Source of the DNA: an uncultured Veillonella sp.
Lineage (GTDB): Bacteria; Bacillota; Negativicutes; Veillonellales; Veillonellaceae
Length of the DNA stretch: 43,764 nucleotides
Assembly (NCBI GenBank): GCA_937930265.1
Contig: CALGLI010000230.1
Span: forward strand, 1-43,764
Direction: 5' to 3'
Positions 1-7,538 of this stretch are shown here, one piece after another. Position 1 is the first letter of the stretch; every line of letters starts with the position of its first letter. The notes below the pieces were generated by a model. That model did not search any database and was not told the origin of the DNA. It was given only the letters and a program-made list of their open reading frames with translations. The position numbers were made by a program, and so were the translations under genes.

Positions 1-19
1 ATTTAATATATTGATTCAT
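1..19 (-). CDS. 5' end of downstream host gene (MNQYIK...), probably the next ATP synthase operon gene
   Basis: ATG at 19 preceded by GAGGT, immediately after the native stop (30-32) of the split atpZ-like gene. Only 6 codons are visible. Confidence 0.5.
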
Positions 20-39
20 AAATACCTCACTATTTAACC

Positions 40-55
40 TGTTTATATAACATAT
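40..55. repeat. att core, left copy (TGTTTATATAACATAT)
   Basis: Exact 16-bp match to 43628-43643; both copies encode MLYK in the host gene frame. Confidence 0.9.
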
Positions 56-114
56 CCATAAAATTATATAAACCCTCTATTTTATTAACATATCTACATA
101 TTCAACTTCTAAAA

Positions 115-136
115 GTTGAGCAACAGTTGAGCAACT
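115..136 (+). promoter_or_regulatory. Integrase arm-type sites, tandem GTTGAGCAAC
   Basis: GTTGAGCAACA-GTTGAGCAACT matches the tandem GGTGAGCAACG-GTTAAGCAACG at 43517-43538; the two sets would flank the core in attP. Confidence 0.75.
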
Positions 137-165
137 GTTTTAATTTTAAACGAATTATAACGAGC

Positions 166-681
166 TTAATCCGCCATTTCTTCAATTTTATAAGATAGCA
201 TCAAATCGTCGATAAGGCCTCTTACACCTTCCTCGTTATATTCCTTCGGATCAGGAACGACTTCCGCTATCCAGTCCGCCGTCCAAACGTAATCTACACC
301 TTCGGGCCATACGAAATCAGAAAATTCTTCTTCCATGTCGCCATCAACCCATGCGTCCTTGTCCCATTTACCGATGCATGGAGATTGGCGCATTTCATGC
401 TCGTATATCATGTCCCATGCTTCCTTGTAAGTTTCTGCGGTTCCCATAAACCAAGGTTTTTTACTTTCTGTACTGTACACTTTTAACATTTTAGGCTCCT
501 CCCCATATAATCGTTCCATGCCCTGGCGGGATACTAGCCAATTCCGCCCAGACTTTCTAGCTTCATCATCAGTAAATTGTTTAATTGCATATCTTTTTAA
601 GCAACATTGCTTTATAGAATCGGCAGGTACCTTCCATCGTTTCCCAGCCTCTTGTGTAGTCATTACATCATCTAATTTCAT
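166..681 (-). CDS. Helix-turn-helix DNA-binding protein with acidic C-terminal domain
   Basis: N-terminal VMTTQEAGKRWKVPADSIKQCC...ARKSGRNWLVSRQGMERLYG is an excisionase/MerR-like HTH. Start overlaps the upstream stop (TAATG). Confidence 0.75.
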   Translation of the reverse strand: MKLDDVMTTQEAGKRWKVPADSIKQCCLKRYAIKQFTDDEARKSGRNWLVSRQGMERLYGEEPKMLKVYSTESKKPWFMGTAETYKEAWDMIYEHEMRQSPCIGKWDKDAWVDGDMEEEFSDFVWPEGVDYVWTADWIAEVVPDPKEYNEEGVRGLIDDLMLSYKIEEMAD

Positions 682-767
682 TATAATACTCCCAATATAA
701 CTAATAGATTATAAACAGATAATATAAAGGCAATAATGCTAATTATTAAAGTTAATCTTGAAATCAT
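681..767 (-). CDS. Small hydrophobic membrane peptide (28 aa, MISRLTLIISIIAFILSVYNLLVILGVL)
   Basis: Single TM segment, translationally coupled to 166..681; likely true start inside track ORF 681..890. Confidence 0.55.
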   Translation of the reverse strand: MISRLTLIISIIAFILSVYNLLVILGVL

Positions 768-800
768 ATGCTCGCCATTGTTATAATAGTTAGGAAGATT

Positions 801-818
801 GGGGCTCTTTCGAGCCCC
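801..818 (-). other. GC-rich hairpin GGGGCTC-GAAA-GAGCCCC
   Basis: Perfect 7-bp stem with GNRA loop on the minus strand between two small ORFs; no U-tract. Confidence 0.7.
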
Positions 819-823
819 TGTGG

Positions 824-919
824 TTACTGATTTAATAACTGTGCTATCGCAATTGCTAGCTGGATAAACGCGGTTATTATTGGTAGCCACTTTTTTGTTA
901 TCTTCCTTAACTTCTTCAA
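824..919 (-). CDS. Small basic-hydrophobic peptide (31 aa, MKKLRKITKKWLPIITAFIQLAIAIAQLLNQ), type I toxin-like
   Basis: Strong SD AAGGAGGTG upstream of TTG 919 (in-frame ATG at 925); not in the ORF track. Confidence 0.65.
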   Translation of the reverse strand: MKKLRKITKKWLPIITAFIQLAIAIAQLLNQ

Positions 920-946
920 TGGCATCACCTCCTTCCTTATGATTAC

Positions 947-975
947 ATTATAACACTTCGCCGTGTTATATGCAA
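947..975 (-). promoter_or_regulatory. Sigma70-type promoter TTGCAT-17-TATAAT with embedded operator TATAACAC-N6-GTGTTATA (949-970)
   Basis: Near-consensus promoter with extended -10 TG; an 8-bp inverted repeat overlaps the spacer and -10. Confidence 0.75.
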
Positions 976-999
976 TAGTTTTTTATAATTTTTACAAAC

Positions 1000-1046
1000 A
1001 AAAAAGGGCCTACTAACCTAGATATTATCTAAGCTAGTAGGCCCTT
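1000..1046 (-). terminator. Intrinsic terminator ending the late/lysis operon
   Basis: AAGGGCCTACTA (1004-1015) / TAGTAGGCCCTT (1035-1046) stem with inner stem, followed by a T-run on the minus strand. Confidence 0.8.
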
Positions 1047-1108
1047 CTGTATTTTATCAAAACTATACTACCAGGAGTCCACCTGCTCCTGCTCAGGAGA
1101 TATATGGA

Positions 1109-1597
1109 TCACCTCTCTATCGATGAATTACCACTCCGATTATCGCTCCCGCTCCCACTACCTGGGATAAGTTGCGTTGCATTCGTAGTCGCTTGATTGT
1201 TCTCTTGTCGTTGTCTATTTGCCCTTTCAATTCGGTCAAAGAGTTCTGCATTTCTGACAAGGTAACTTCTTGCTTCATGGATAGCATTTTGGCTTTCATC
1301 AATTCGGTTTCCAATGTCGATATTGTATTGTGCGCTTCGTTCAATTCTTCCTTTTGCTTCATGACTAAGCTTTGAGCTTCGGTCAATGGAATACTGGATG
1401 TCTCGATTAAGCTTAACGCTTTCGCGTTGTTGGCTTTCAATTCGTTCCACTGTGTTAAGGGAATCGTTATTGTGCCCTCCGCTTGGTTGGTAGAGGATAT
1501 ATCCTGCGCAAAGCAAGGCGAGGAACACAATACTGCCGATAAGAATATAGCGGTTACGAGCGCTATCAAATAGACTTTTGATTCTTTCATACATCAT
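1109..1597 (-). CDS. Putative inner-membrane spanin (Rz-like): N-terminal TM plus coiled coil
   Basis: TM YILIGSIVFLALLCAGYILY followed by a helical polar domain; ATGA-coupled to the endolysin stop. Confidence 0.55.
   Translation of the reverse strand: MMYERIKSLFDSARNRYILIGSIVFLALLCAGYILYQPSGGHNNDSLNTVERIESQQRESVKLNRDIQYSIDRSSKLSHEAKGRIERSAQYNIDIGNRIDESQNAIHEARSYLVRNAELFDRIERANRQRQENNQATTNATQLIPGSGSGSDNRSGNSSIER
1117..1590 (-). CDS. Putative second spanin-like protein: signal peptide, coiled coil, C-terminal hydrophobic Gly-rich tail
   Basis: Signal peptide ending CFA/QD, heptad-rich middle, C-terminus VVGAGAIIGVVIHR; nested in 1109..1597 in another frame. Confidence 0.6.
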   Translation of the reverse strand: MKESKVYLIALVTAIFLSAVLCSSPCFAQDISSTNQAEGTITIPLTQWNELKANNAKALSLIETSSIPLTEAQSLVMKQKEELNEAHNTISTLETELMKAKMLSMKQEVTLSEMQNSLTELKGQIDNDKRTIKRLRMQRNLSQVVGAGAIIGVVIHR

Positions 1598-2112
1598 AGC
1601 CCTCCTGCGTAATCTGTGATACCTCGTGCAATAGCACGGACGATAGTATCTAAATCGTTTGTAAGCATAGCATGGTCTTCTTCGTTATCAATGAATGCCA
1701 TTTCAACTAATACCGCTGTTGCATCCGTACCGTTTAAGACCCAAAGGTCATCACGTTTTTTAACGCCCCTGTCTACCGTAGTAATGCTTCGGATAATTTG
1801 TGATTGGATATCATTAGCCAAACGTTGCCCATTAAAAGACTTGTACAAAGTTTCTGTACCTCGTGCTTGCGTATTAAAAGCATTACAATGAAGAGACACA
1901 AAAATATCGGCTCCCCAAGAATCAGATTCGGAGCATACTAGCCCTAAATCATCATCTTGAAGAGTACGAACTTCACATCCTGCAGTTTCCAAATATCTTG
2001 CTAGCATCTTTCCTGCATCACGTGCCACATCGCATTCACGTGTACCGTATACAGGATTAACTGCACCACTATCAAGGGCAACGTCATGCCCTGGGTTAAT
2101 AAATACTTTCAT
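1594..2112 (-). CDS. Endolysin, N-acetylmuramoyl-L-alanine amidase (Amidase_3)
   Basis: Motifs VFINPGH, TRE, FVSLHCN, AVLVEMAFIDN. Confidence 0.95.
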   Translation of the reverse strand: MKVFINPGHDVALDSGAVNPVYGTRECDVARDAGKMLARYLETAGCEVRTLQDDDLGLVCSESDSWGADIFVSLHCNAFNTQARGTETLYKSFNGQRLANDIQSQIIRSITTVDRGVKKRDDLWVLNGTDATAVLVEMAFIDNEEDHAMLTNDLDTIVRAIARGITDYAGGL

Positions 2113-2444
2113 TTTTTATCCTCCTGTTCTAATTTATCTGGGATACCATTATTATCCCTATCAACGCTAAGCCATAATAATCCTGTAAGCGATACAATCA
2201 CGCCCGGAGCACCAAACATATGGTCAATTAAGAATGCTCCCATTGTTATGATCTTATCGTGTGCACTAGATATTTCGCCTAAATAAAATGAAATCGCATA
2301 AGCCATGGTTGCCAATATAATTGGTGTTAGCATGATAAATATGAGTATTCTGGCTCCCCATACTAAAGTAGGGTGGACTTTCGCCACCCTAACAGATTGA
2401 TATATATTTCTTACAGAATTAATGAGCTTTGGCGGTATGTTCAT
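2109..2444 (-). CDS. Putative holin
   Basis: Two hydrophobic segments and charged C-terminus DRDNNGIPDKLE; directly upstream of the endolysin. Confidence 0.65.
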   Translation of the reverse strand: MNIPPKLINSVRNIYQSVRVAKVHPTLVWGARILIFIMLTPIILATMAYAISFYLGEISSAHDKIITMGAFLIDHMFGAPGVIVSLTGLLWLSVDRDNNGIPDKLEQEDKK

Positions 2445-2748
2445 GAAACTCCCCCCTTAACTCATCTAATCGTGTTTCCATTCCGTTAACCCTTGTTGCT
2501 AGCTTCACATGCTCCGTGAAACCCTTTACACGCTCTTCCCTTGATAGCTTGATTTCATTCTTCAGGTCATTAAGAGTCTCAGTTAAAACCCCCATTTTTT
2601 CTTGGAAAACTAGAGTGTCTTGCAAATGTTGCAAATCACGCTTTTCCAATAGAGGAAGGACTAATACTTTATAAATAAAGCCTGCCACTATACTAACAAT
2701 GGTTAATGTTGTTAGAATATCATCTAACTGAAATTGCCATGTCCACAT
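2419..2748 (-). CDS. Single-TM coiled-coil lysis-module protein (holin/antiholin-like)
   Basis: N-terminal TM then coiled coil; located in the lysis cassette. Confidence 0.55.
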   Translation of the reverse strand: MWTWQFQLDDILTTLTIVSIVAGFIYKVLVLPLLEKRDLQHLQDTLVFQEKMGVLTETLNDLKNEIKLSREERVKGFTEHVKLATRVNGMETRLDELRGEFHEHTAKAH

Positions 2749-2910
2749 TTAATCACCTTGGCTTTCGTTGTTTTTACCATTTTCTAAATCAATCAATTCA
2801 TTATGGATACAGCCCTCTGTAGGGCAAGTTCCGTCATCGTTTAGCACTTCCCAGCAGTATTTACAGAATTCCATAACAGGAACTTTACTTTCTCCGATAA
2901 ATTTAGGCAT
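2749..2910 (-). CDS. Small Cys-rich protein (53 aa, MPKFIGESKVPVMEFCKYCWEVLNDDGTCPTEGCIHNE...)
   Basis: SD AAGGGGGTG; fills the gap between neighbours exactly; CxxC...CxxxxC pattern; below the track cutoff. Confidence 0.75.
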   Translation of the reverse strand: MPKFIGESKVPVMEFCKYCWEVLNDDGTCPTEGCIHNELIDLENGKNNESQGD

Positions 2911-2911
2911 A

Positions 2912-3301
2912 TTATCGCACCCCCTTAATACGTGTTACCATTTCGTCATTTAATTTAATATATTGGGCACTAATGGCTGTAGTAGGTTTCCCCATCAACA
3001 GCAATCTGCGTTGAGCTTCTTCGAGTACTTTAAATCGAGGTTCGTATTCTGCTTTAATAGCATTAATTTTATCTTCTTTTGTTGGAACATATTCAGCTAC
3101 AGGAATATCAACAAATTCACCATTTACATATACTTTACCGCTTATGAATTGTGATTGCATTTCACTATCACCTGTTAATATGTTAGCAGTCGGATATGCT
3201 TGTCTTGCCAATTTTTCTGTTTCTTCTAAAGTGTCCGCATGAACACCAACTACATAAGATGTTTGGCGAACGCCTTTTTCATCTAATACGAATACATACA
3301 T
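2912..3301 (-). CDS. Hypothetical protein, probable tail fibre assembly/chaperone
   Basis: Lies downstream of the tail fibre; C-terminal helical segment KINAIKAEYE typical of fibre-associated proteins. Confidence 0.55.
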   Translation of the reverse strand: MYVFVLDEKGVRQTSYVVGVHADTLEETEKLARQAYPTANILTGDSEMQSQFISGKVYVNGEFVDIPVAEYVPTKEDKINAIKAEYEPRFKVLEEAQRRLLLMGKPTTAISAQYIKLNDEMVTRIKGVR

Positions 3302-3325
3302 ATTATGGTCCTTTCTGAGGTTATT

Positions 3326-4231
3326 ATGAAATTAATTGAGAAATTAAAAGGCGCCCATGAGCGCCCCTATGTTGCATATAAAATTATTGGTTATTATTCC
3401 TCTTATCAAGAGGCTAAGGAGGCATTATGCAATGTTCATACATTAGATGATGTGTATCAATCATGGTTAGAGTTGCATTCATTAAATGTTTCACTACACA
3501 CCATGAAAGGGTATGAATGTGCCTATCATCATGTATCATCAATATCTCACCGCCCTATCAACGAAATCACATATATGGAGTTGCAAAATATAATATCTAA
3601 TATGCTAAAGAGCGGACTCTCTTATTCATCATGTAAGAAAGTTCGCTCTTTACTCAATCAACTATATTCATTTGCAATTATTAATGGCTGGTGCTCAAAG
3701 TCATACAGTCAATATTTGAATATTGGCCACAATATTCCAGTTCGTCCACGTAAGGTGTTTACTACGAATCAAATCAACCGCCTTTGGAATATCAATGCGG
3801 AATTGCCTTTGATTCTTTTGTATACTGGCCTACGTGCCTCAGAGTTAATAAATTTAAAATCAACCGACATCAATCGCAAACAGCGGTATTTGAAAGTTAC
3901 TTCCAGTAAGACGAAAGCAGGCATCCGCATCATTCCTATTCATCATCGAATATGGCCATTTATTGAATCTCGATTATCTAACAAGTGGATCATAGATGAA
4001 CGAAATTATGTGTCCCTCTCAAAAGCCTTTAAATTAGCCATGGAATCCATTAATACTAAACATACTCCCCACGATTGCCGTCATTCATTCGCTACTAGAT
4101 TAGATGATGTAAGTGCCAACTACAATGCTACACGATTATTGCTCGGTCATGCATCATCTAATGTTACAGATGGTGTATATACTCATAAATCACTTAGGCA
4201 ATTACGCAAGGCAATCGAAATGCTTAAATGA
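3326..4231 (+). CDS. Tyrosine recombinase (shufflon invertase)
   Basis: YTGLRASEL, SKTKAG, HDCRHSF, LLGH, VY catalytic motifs. SD GAGGT before ATG 3326; its stop abuts the first inversion site. Confidence 0.92.
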   Translation: MKLIEKLKGAHERPYVAYKIIGYYSSYQEAKEALCNVHTLDDVYQSWLELHSLNVSLHTMKGYECAYHHVSSISHRPINEITYMELQNIISNMLKSGLSYSSCKKVRSLLNQLYSFAIINGWCSKSYSQYLNIGHNIPVRPRKVFTTNQINRLWNINAELPLILLYTGLRASELINLKSTDINRKQRYLKVTSSKTKAGIRIIPIHHRIWPFIESRLSNKWIIDERNYVSLSKAFKLAMESINTKHTPHDCRHSFATRLDDVSANYNATRLLLGHASSNVTDGVYTHKSLRQLRKAIEMLK

Positions 4232-4243
4232 CCAAGGGGGAAA
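4232..4243 (+). repeat. Shufflon recombination site 1 (CCAAGGGGGAAA)
   Basis: Identical 12-mer at 4464-4475 (+) and 4996-5007 (-); encodes QGG. Confidence 0.9.
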
Positions 4244-4460
4244 ATTTGTCCCTGAAATTGCATCTATAACATTTCCTATTCGTTTTAACGAAGTACTAGC
4301 AGTACTTCCTATGATGCTAGATGAGCCAACTCCATGGCATGAGATGATGATTAGACCAAAGGCCATCACGGCGAGCACGTTTAAAATGGTAAGCGGTAGC
4401 AATAACACTAACTATCCTAAGTCTCGTAATAATGGTTGTTGGATTGCTGTTGGTATTTAA
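4233..4460 (+). other. Silent alternative tail-fibre C-terminal cassette A (QGGKFVPEIASITFPIRF...CWIAVGI)
   Basis: Start-less ORF beginning at the site, with FPIxF and terminal W-x-A-x-G motifs shared with the expressed fibre tip. Confidence 0.88.
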
Positions 4461-4463
4461 TCA

Positions 4464-4475
4464 CCAAGGGGGAAA
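4464..4475 (+). repeat. Shufflon recombination site 2 (CCAAGGGGGAAA)
   Basis: Identical 12-mer. Confidence 0.9.
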
Positions 4476-4746
4476 ACAAAAGGCTGGAGAGCAAAAGCAA
4501 TCAGATATTAACAATTTAGAAGCCACAACAAATAAAGTTATATTTCCTATATCATTTACAAACAGCCATCTATTCCATACATTTGGGATTATTGCTAGTG
4601 ATGCATCAGTGTTTTGGGGAAACTCTGGAGCAAGTGTAATTAGCAGAAGAATATCTAGTACTGATATGCGATATGAAGTACATTCTAGTTATCAAACAAT
4701 GTTAAAAGCAGACTCAATCATTGAATGGTGTATTGTGGGAATTTAA
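4465..4746 (+). other. Silent alternative tail-fibre C-terminal cassette B (QGGKQKAGE...VIFPISF...EWCIVGI)
   Basis: Same architecture as cassette A; its stop overlaps the stop of the expressed fibre (TTAA 4743-4746). Confidence 0.88.
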
Positions 4747-5756
4747 ACGCCTAAAGCAATATATCGCATTTTGATTTGTTCTATAGCATTACTATTCTCA
4801 CTGATAACCGCTGCAAATCCAGTTGATGTAATCTGACTATCACTAAATCCAACTCGTGATAAATGTCTTAATTCTACTTTATTAATTGCATATGGATGTA
4901 CATATAATGGCTTAGATTTAAACGCTATTGGGAAAGTAAACTGCTCTTGCCTTTGTTGACTTCCTATATCGTAATAGGCCTGTGTATCGCTATCATTTCC
5001 CCCTTGGATAATTAAATTCCCAAACAGCTTACCAAGGCAGATATACCAAGCATTTACATTACTGAAATCATATCTGATTCCAAGGCCTGTTGCTTTCTCA
5101 CTTTCCAAGGCATTGACTACATCGGTTGCGTTTTTGATGTTTAGTCCGCTCAAAATGGTTTTCACCAGTTGTAAAGTAGGTGCTTTTGCTAATGAATCGC
5201 TATCATCTACGCTAGTAATCATGTTATTTACTTGTTGAATAATAGCATTGAATCGACTGTCATGTGCATCGGGATCTGTATTATGTGCTTCCAGATCATG
5301 CACAGAGGCTACCCCATTATCGGAAATGATTGCTTGCACATTTTCCGCATTGCCAATTACGGTAGTGATAGTAAACGTGTAGCTATCCATCGGCGTATTC
5401 TTATCAGGAATGTAGTCAACATAGTTGCCGCCGTTTGTGTAAGAGAATAGCACCTCTTGCCCGTTTTCACCTGCTTTGGCCATGAGCCCTATTTCTCGTG
5501 CATAAAAACCGGCTTCAAGGTTTTTATTCGAGAGTAGCCCTTTCACCATGAATTGTCCATCACCTGTTTTAACACTTTTAGTAATCGCCAATTCCAGGCG
5601 CTTATCAGTCAACGCCGTAGCGCGTGGAATTGATGCCGGCATGTCGCCTGTACCGATAACGATTTTGGTAAAAATCAAAGCCTGCTTACTCGCATTAGCT
5701 TCCGCAATAGTATTTGTCCCCGCCATTGTAGTAATGACGGCAGGATATTTCGCCAT
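4743..5756 (-). CDS. Tail fibre protein with invertible C-terminal receptor-binding tip
   Basis: P2 gpH-like N-terminus (FTKIVIGTG, GFYAREIGLMA); C-terminal LIIQGG...FTFPIAF...YIALGV; follows tail protein I. Confidence 0.9.
   Translation of the reverse strand: MAKYPAVITTMAGTNTIAEANASKQALIFTKIVIGTGDMPASIPRATALTDKRLELAITKSVKTGDGQFMVKGLLSNKNLEAGFYAREIGLMAKAGENGQEVLFSYTNGGNYVDYIPDKNTPMDSYTFTITTVIGNAENVQAIISDNGVASVHDLEAHNTDPDAHDSRFNAIIQQVNNMITSVDDSDSLAKAPTLQLVKTILSGLNIKNATDVVNALESEKATGLGIRYDFSNVNAWYICLGKLFGNLIIQGGNDSDTQAYYDIGSQQRQEQFTFPIAFKSKPLYVHPYAINKVELRHLSRVGFSDSQITSTGFAAVISENSNAIEQIKMRYIALGV
4996..5007 (-). repeat. Shufflon recombination site 3 (expression site, inverted)
   Basis: TTTCCCCCTTGG is the reverse complement of sites 1 and 2, in frame at IIQGG of the fibre gene. 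Confidence 0.9.
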
Positions 5757-5765
5757 GTATACCTC

Positions 5766-6410
5766 CTATATATGAATAAATTGGTGAACGGTAATTACGC
5801 CACCGACATAAAGCTGTTGCGTTTGTGGGCCTGTCGCGATTTTTAAACTTGGTTCAGCTACGGCGCTACCTGCAGCTGTTGCAATACCACCGACATACAC
5901 GCCGCCTGAATTAATAGCGTGCACATACTCAATACCATCTAGCCAGGACCTTTTATTCTTGACGAATTCTAATATACGGAGCACGCGCTCTCGTATATTC
6001 GGTGTCATCATATAACCGGACATCTGGAGTTTGAAATGGTAAGGCTTCCCGTCCTCGTAGCCCCAGTTCTCCACAACTTCGCAGTCTGAATACAGTTCGC
6101 CGATAGCTTCCTCAACTAATCCAACTGTGCCCTTTCTTCGATGCCAAGCGATAGAACTCAAAATTAATTTAATCTTTTGTTCTCTAGCTACAGCTTCATC
6201 GTAGAAGTCAACGTGTAAATGCCAGGCTAACTCATCTAGTATTGGCGTGCTTAACTCATTAAGATGCGACAAGATAGTTAGTCTATCCACGAACGGCATC
6301 AACGCCATAAGTCGCAACGTAACCACTTCAGCTAAGGCTTGAACATTAGCATCATTAGCAATCGAGCTCGGTAGCGTATCCTTTAATTTGAATTTGTAGA
6401 GATCATTCAT
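5766..6410 (-). CDS. Phage tail protein I (P2 gpI-like baseplate wedge)
   Basis: LDELAWHLHVDFYD, HRRKGT, ENWGYEDGKPYHFK motifs. Confidence 0.9.
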   Translation of the reverse strand: MNDLYKFKLKDTLPSSIANDANVQALAEVVTLRLMALMPFVDRLTILSHLNELSTPILDELAWHLHVDFYDEAVAREQKIKLILSSIAWHRRKGTVGLVEEAIGELYSDCEVVENWGYEDGKPYHFKLQMSGYMMTPNIRERVLRILEFVKNKRSWLDGIEYVHAINSGGVYVGGIATAAGSAVAEPSLKIATGPQTQQLYVGGVITVHQFIHI

Positions 6411-7536
6411 GCTCTACACCCCCATATGTGATAGTCTTACCGGAACACTGCGCCAATTCCACTTGGTAGCCATCTTCCTTCTTGCCGTCTTTCACAACGG
6501 TAAATACAGGGGATGTTACGCTAACACGTTTAGCCCCAGCTTCCATTACACGACGAATCAATTCAGATGGAATAATGTCGCGGCCCACTTTTCCGGATTG
6601 CCATTTAATATAATCCGTAACGGCCGCATCGACACGACTTTTAATTATATCCGCATAATACGAATTATCCGAATCAACGTAGTACTGAATATCGATGCTG
6701 TAATTCTTAGCGGTAGGTGCCTTTACTGACACATTATCGGTAAGTGGCCGCACTTTCTTATCGGAGAGCGTAGTTTCCACTAATTTAAGAATTTCTTCCC
6801 CTGCAACTTCGCCTGACACGAGGCCAGGATATACAACTACATCCCCAGGTTTAGGCGATACCACTTTCACAGAGCTAATAAGGGCCGATGCTTTTTTTGT
6901 AAAAAATTCATAAGCCCCTTCCGCACCAGCACATGAGAAGCTTTCAGGAGCTTCCCTGATACGTTCACGGAACGCATCGTCCGTCTCCGTATCGGCACCA
7001 CCTTCAGAGATTGTAATATTGGTTACACTTGCAATATAGGGAATCGGATCCACAAGCGTGGTAATCGACCCTACTGGGTAGCCGTTCCCTTTGGCAGAGG
7101 CTTCCGTACAAACGGCTTTTACTTGAACCATTGTTTCATTAGCCGATAAATAATAAGGCTCGGTTGTTGCAAAAAACACATTATCCCCCGCTGTGAAACG
7201 AGTACTTTTAGGAATCGCTATTCCTTCTGGTCTTGCCATCGATGCGGTTAGCTTCATAGTAGTGACTGCGCCCGTAGCTTGTAAGCGTTCCACGCCTAAC
7301 GCAATGCCGATATGGTCTAAGTTATTTCCCCTAGCATAGGCCAGAAGATTCTGCTTGCCCGTATCGTTGATGCGGTTTAACAATAAAATCACAATATTAG
7401 TAATCGTTAATAGAAATAAGCGAATAGGGTCCGCCGGTGCTAACTTTCGCCCAGTAACAGAGGTGTAGAGGGCGAATATTTCCTTTTCAACGGCTTCTTT
7501 ATCCGCCGTGACAAAGTTGATTTCAGGTAAATTCAT
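6403..7536 (-). CDS. Baseplate J/gp47 family protein
   Basis: NLLAYARGNNLDHIG, GGADTETDDAFRERI, VRPLTDNVSV; likely start ATG 7536 (track 7551). Confidence 0.92.
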   Translation of the reverse strand: MNLPEINFVTADKEAVEKEIFALYTSVTGRKLAPADPIRLFLLTITNIVILLLNRINDTGKQNLLAYARGNNLDHIGIALGVERLQATGAVTTMKLTASMARPEGIAIPKSTRFTAGDNVFFATTEPYYLSANETMVQVKAVCTEASAKGNGYPVGSITTLVDPIPYIASVTNITISEGGADTETDDAFRERIREAPESFSCAGAEGAYEFFTKKASALISSVKVVSPKPGDVVVYPGLVSGEVAGEEILKLVETTLSDKKVRPLTDNVSVKAPTAKNYSIDIQYYVDSDNSYYADIIKSRVDAAVTDYIKWQSGKVGRDIIPSELIRRVMEAGAKRVSVTSPVFTVVKDGKKEDGYQVELAQCSGKTITYGGVEHE

Positions 7537-7538
7537 TA

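Noticed and set aside
4113..4746. Track ORFs 4113..4460 and 4432..4746 as independent genes
   Set aside because: Their N-terminal parts overlap other sequences and lack an SD; only the portions from QGG onward are meaningful, as silent cassettes.
4232..5756. Diversity-generating retroelement as explanation of tail-tip variants
   Set aside because: No reverse transcriptase in the window, and the cassettes are not near-identical TR/VR copies differing at adenines.
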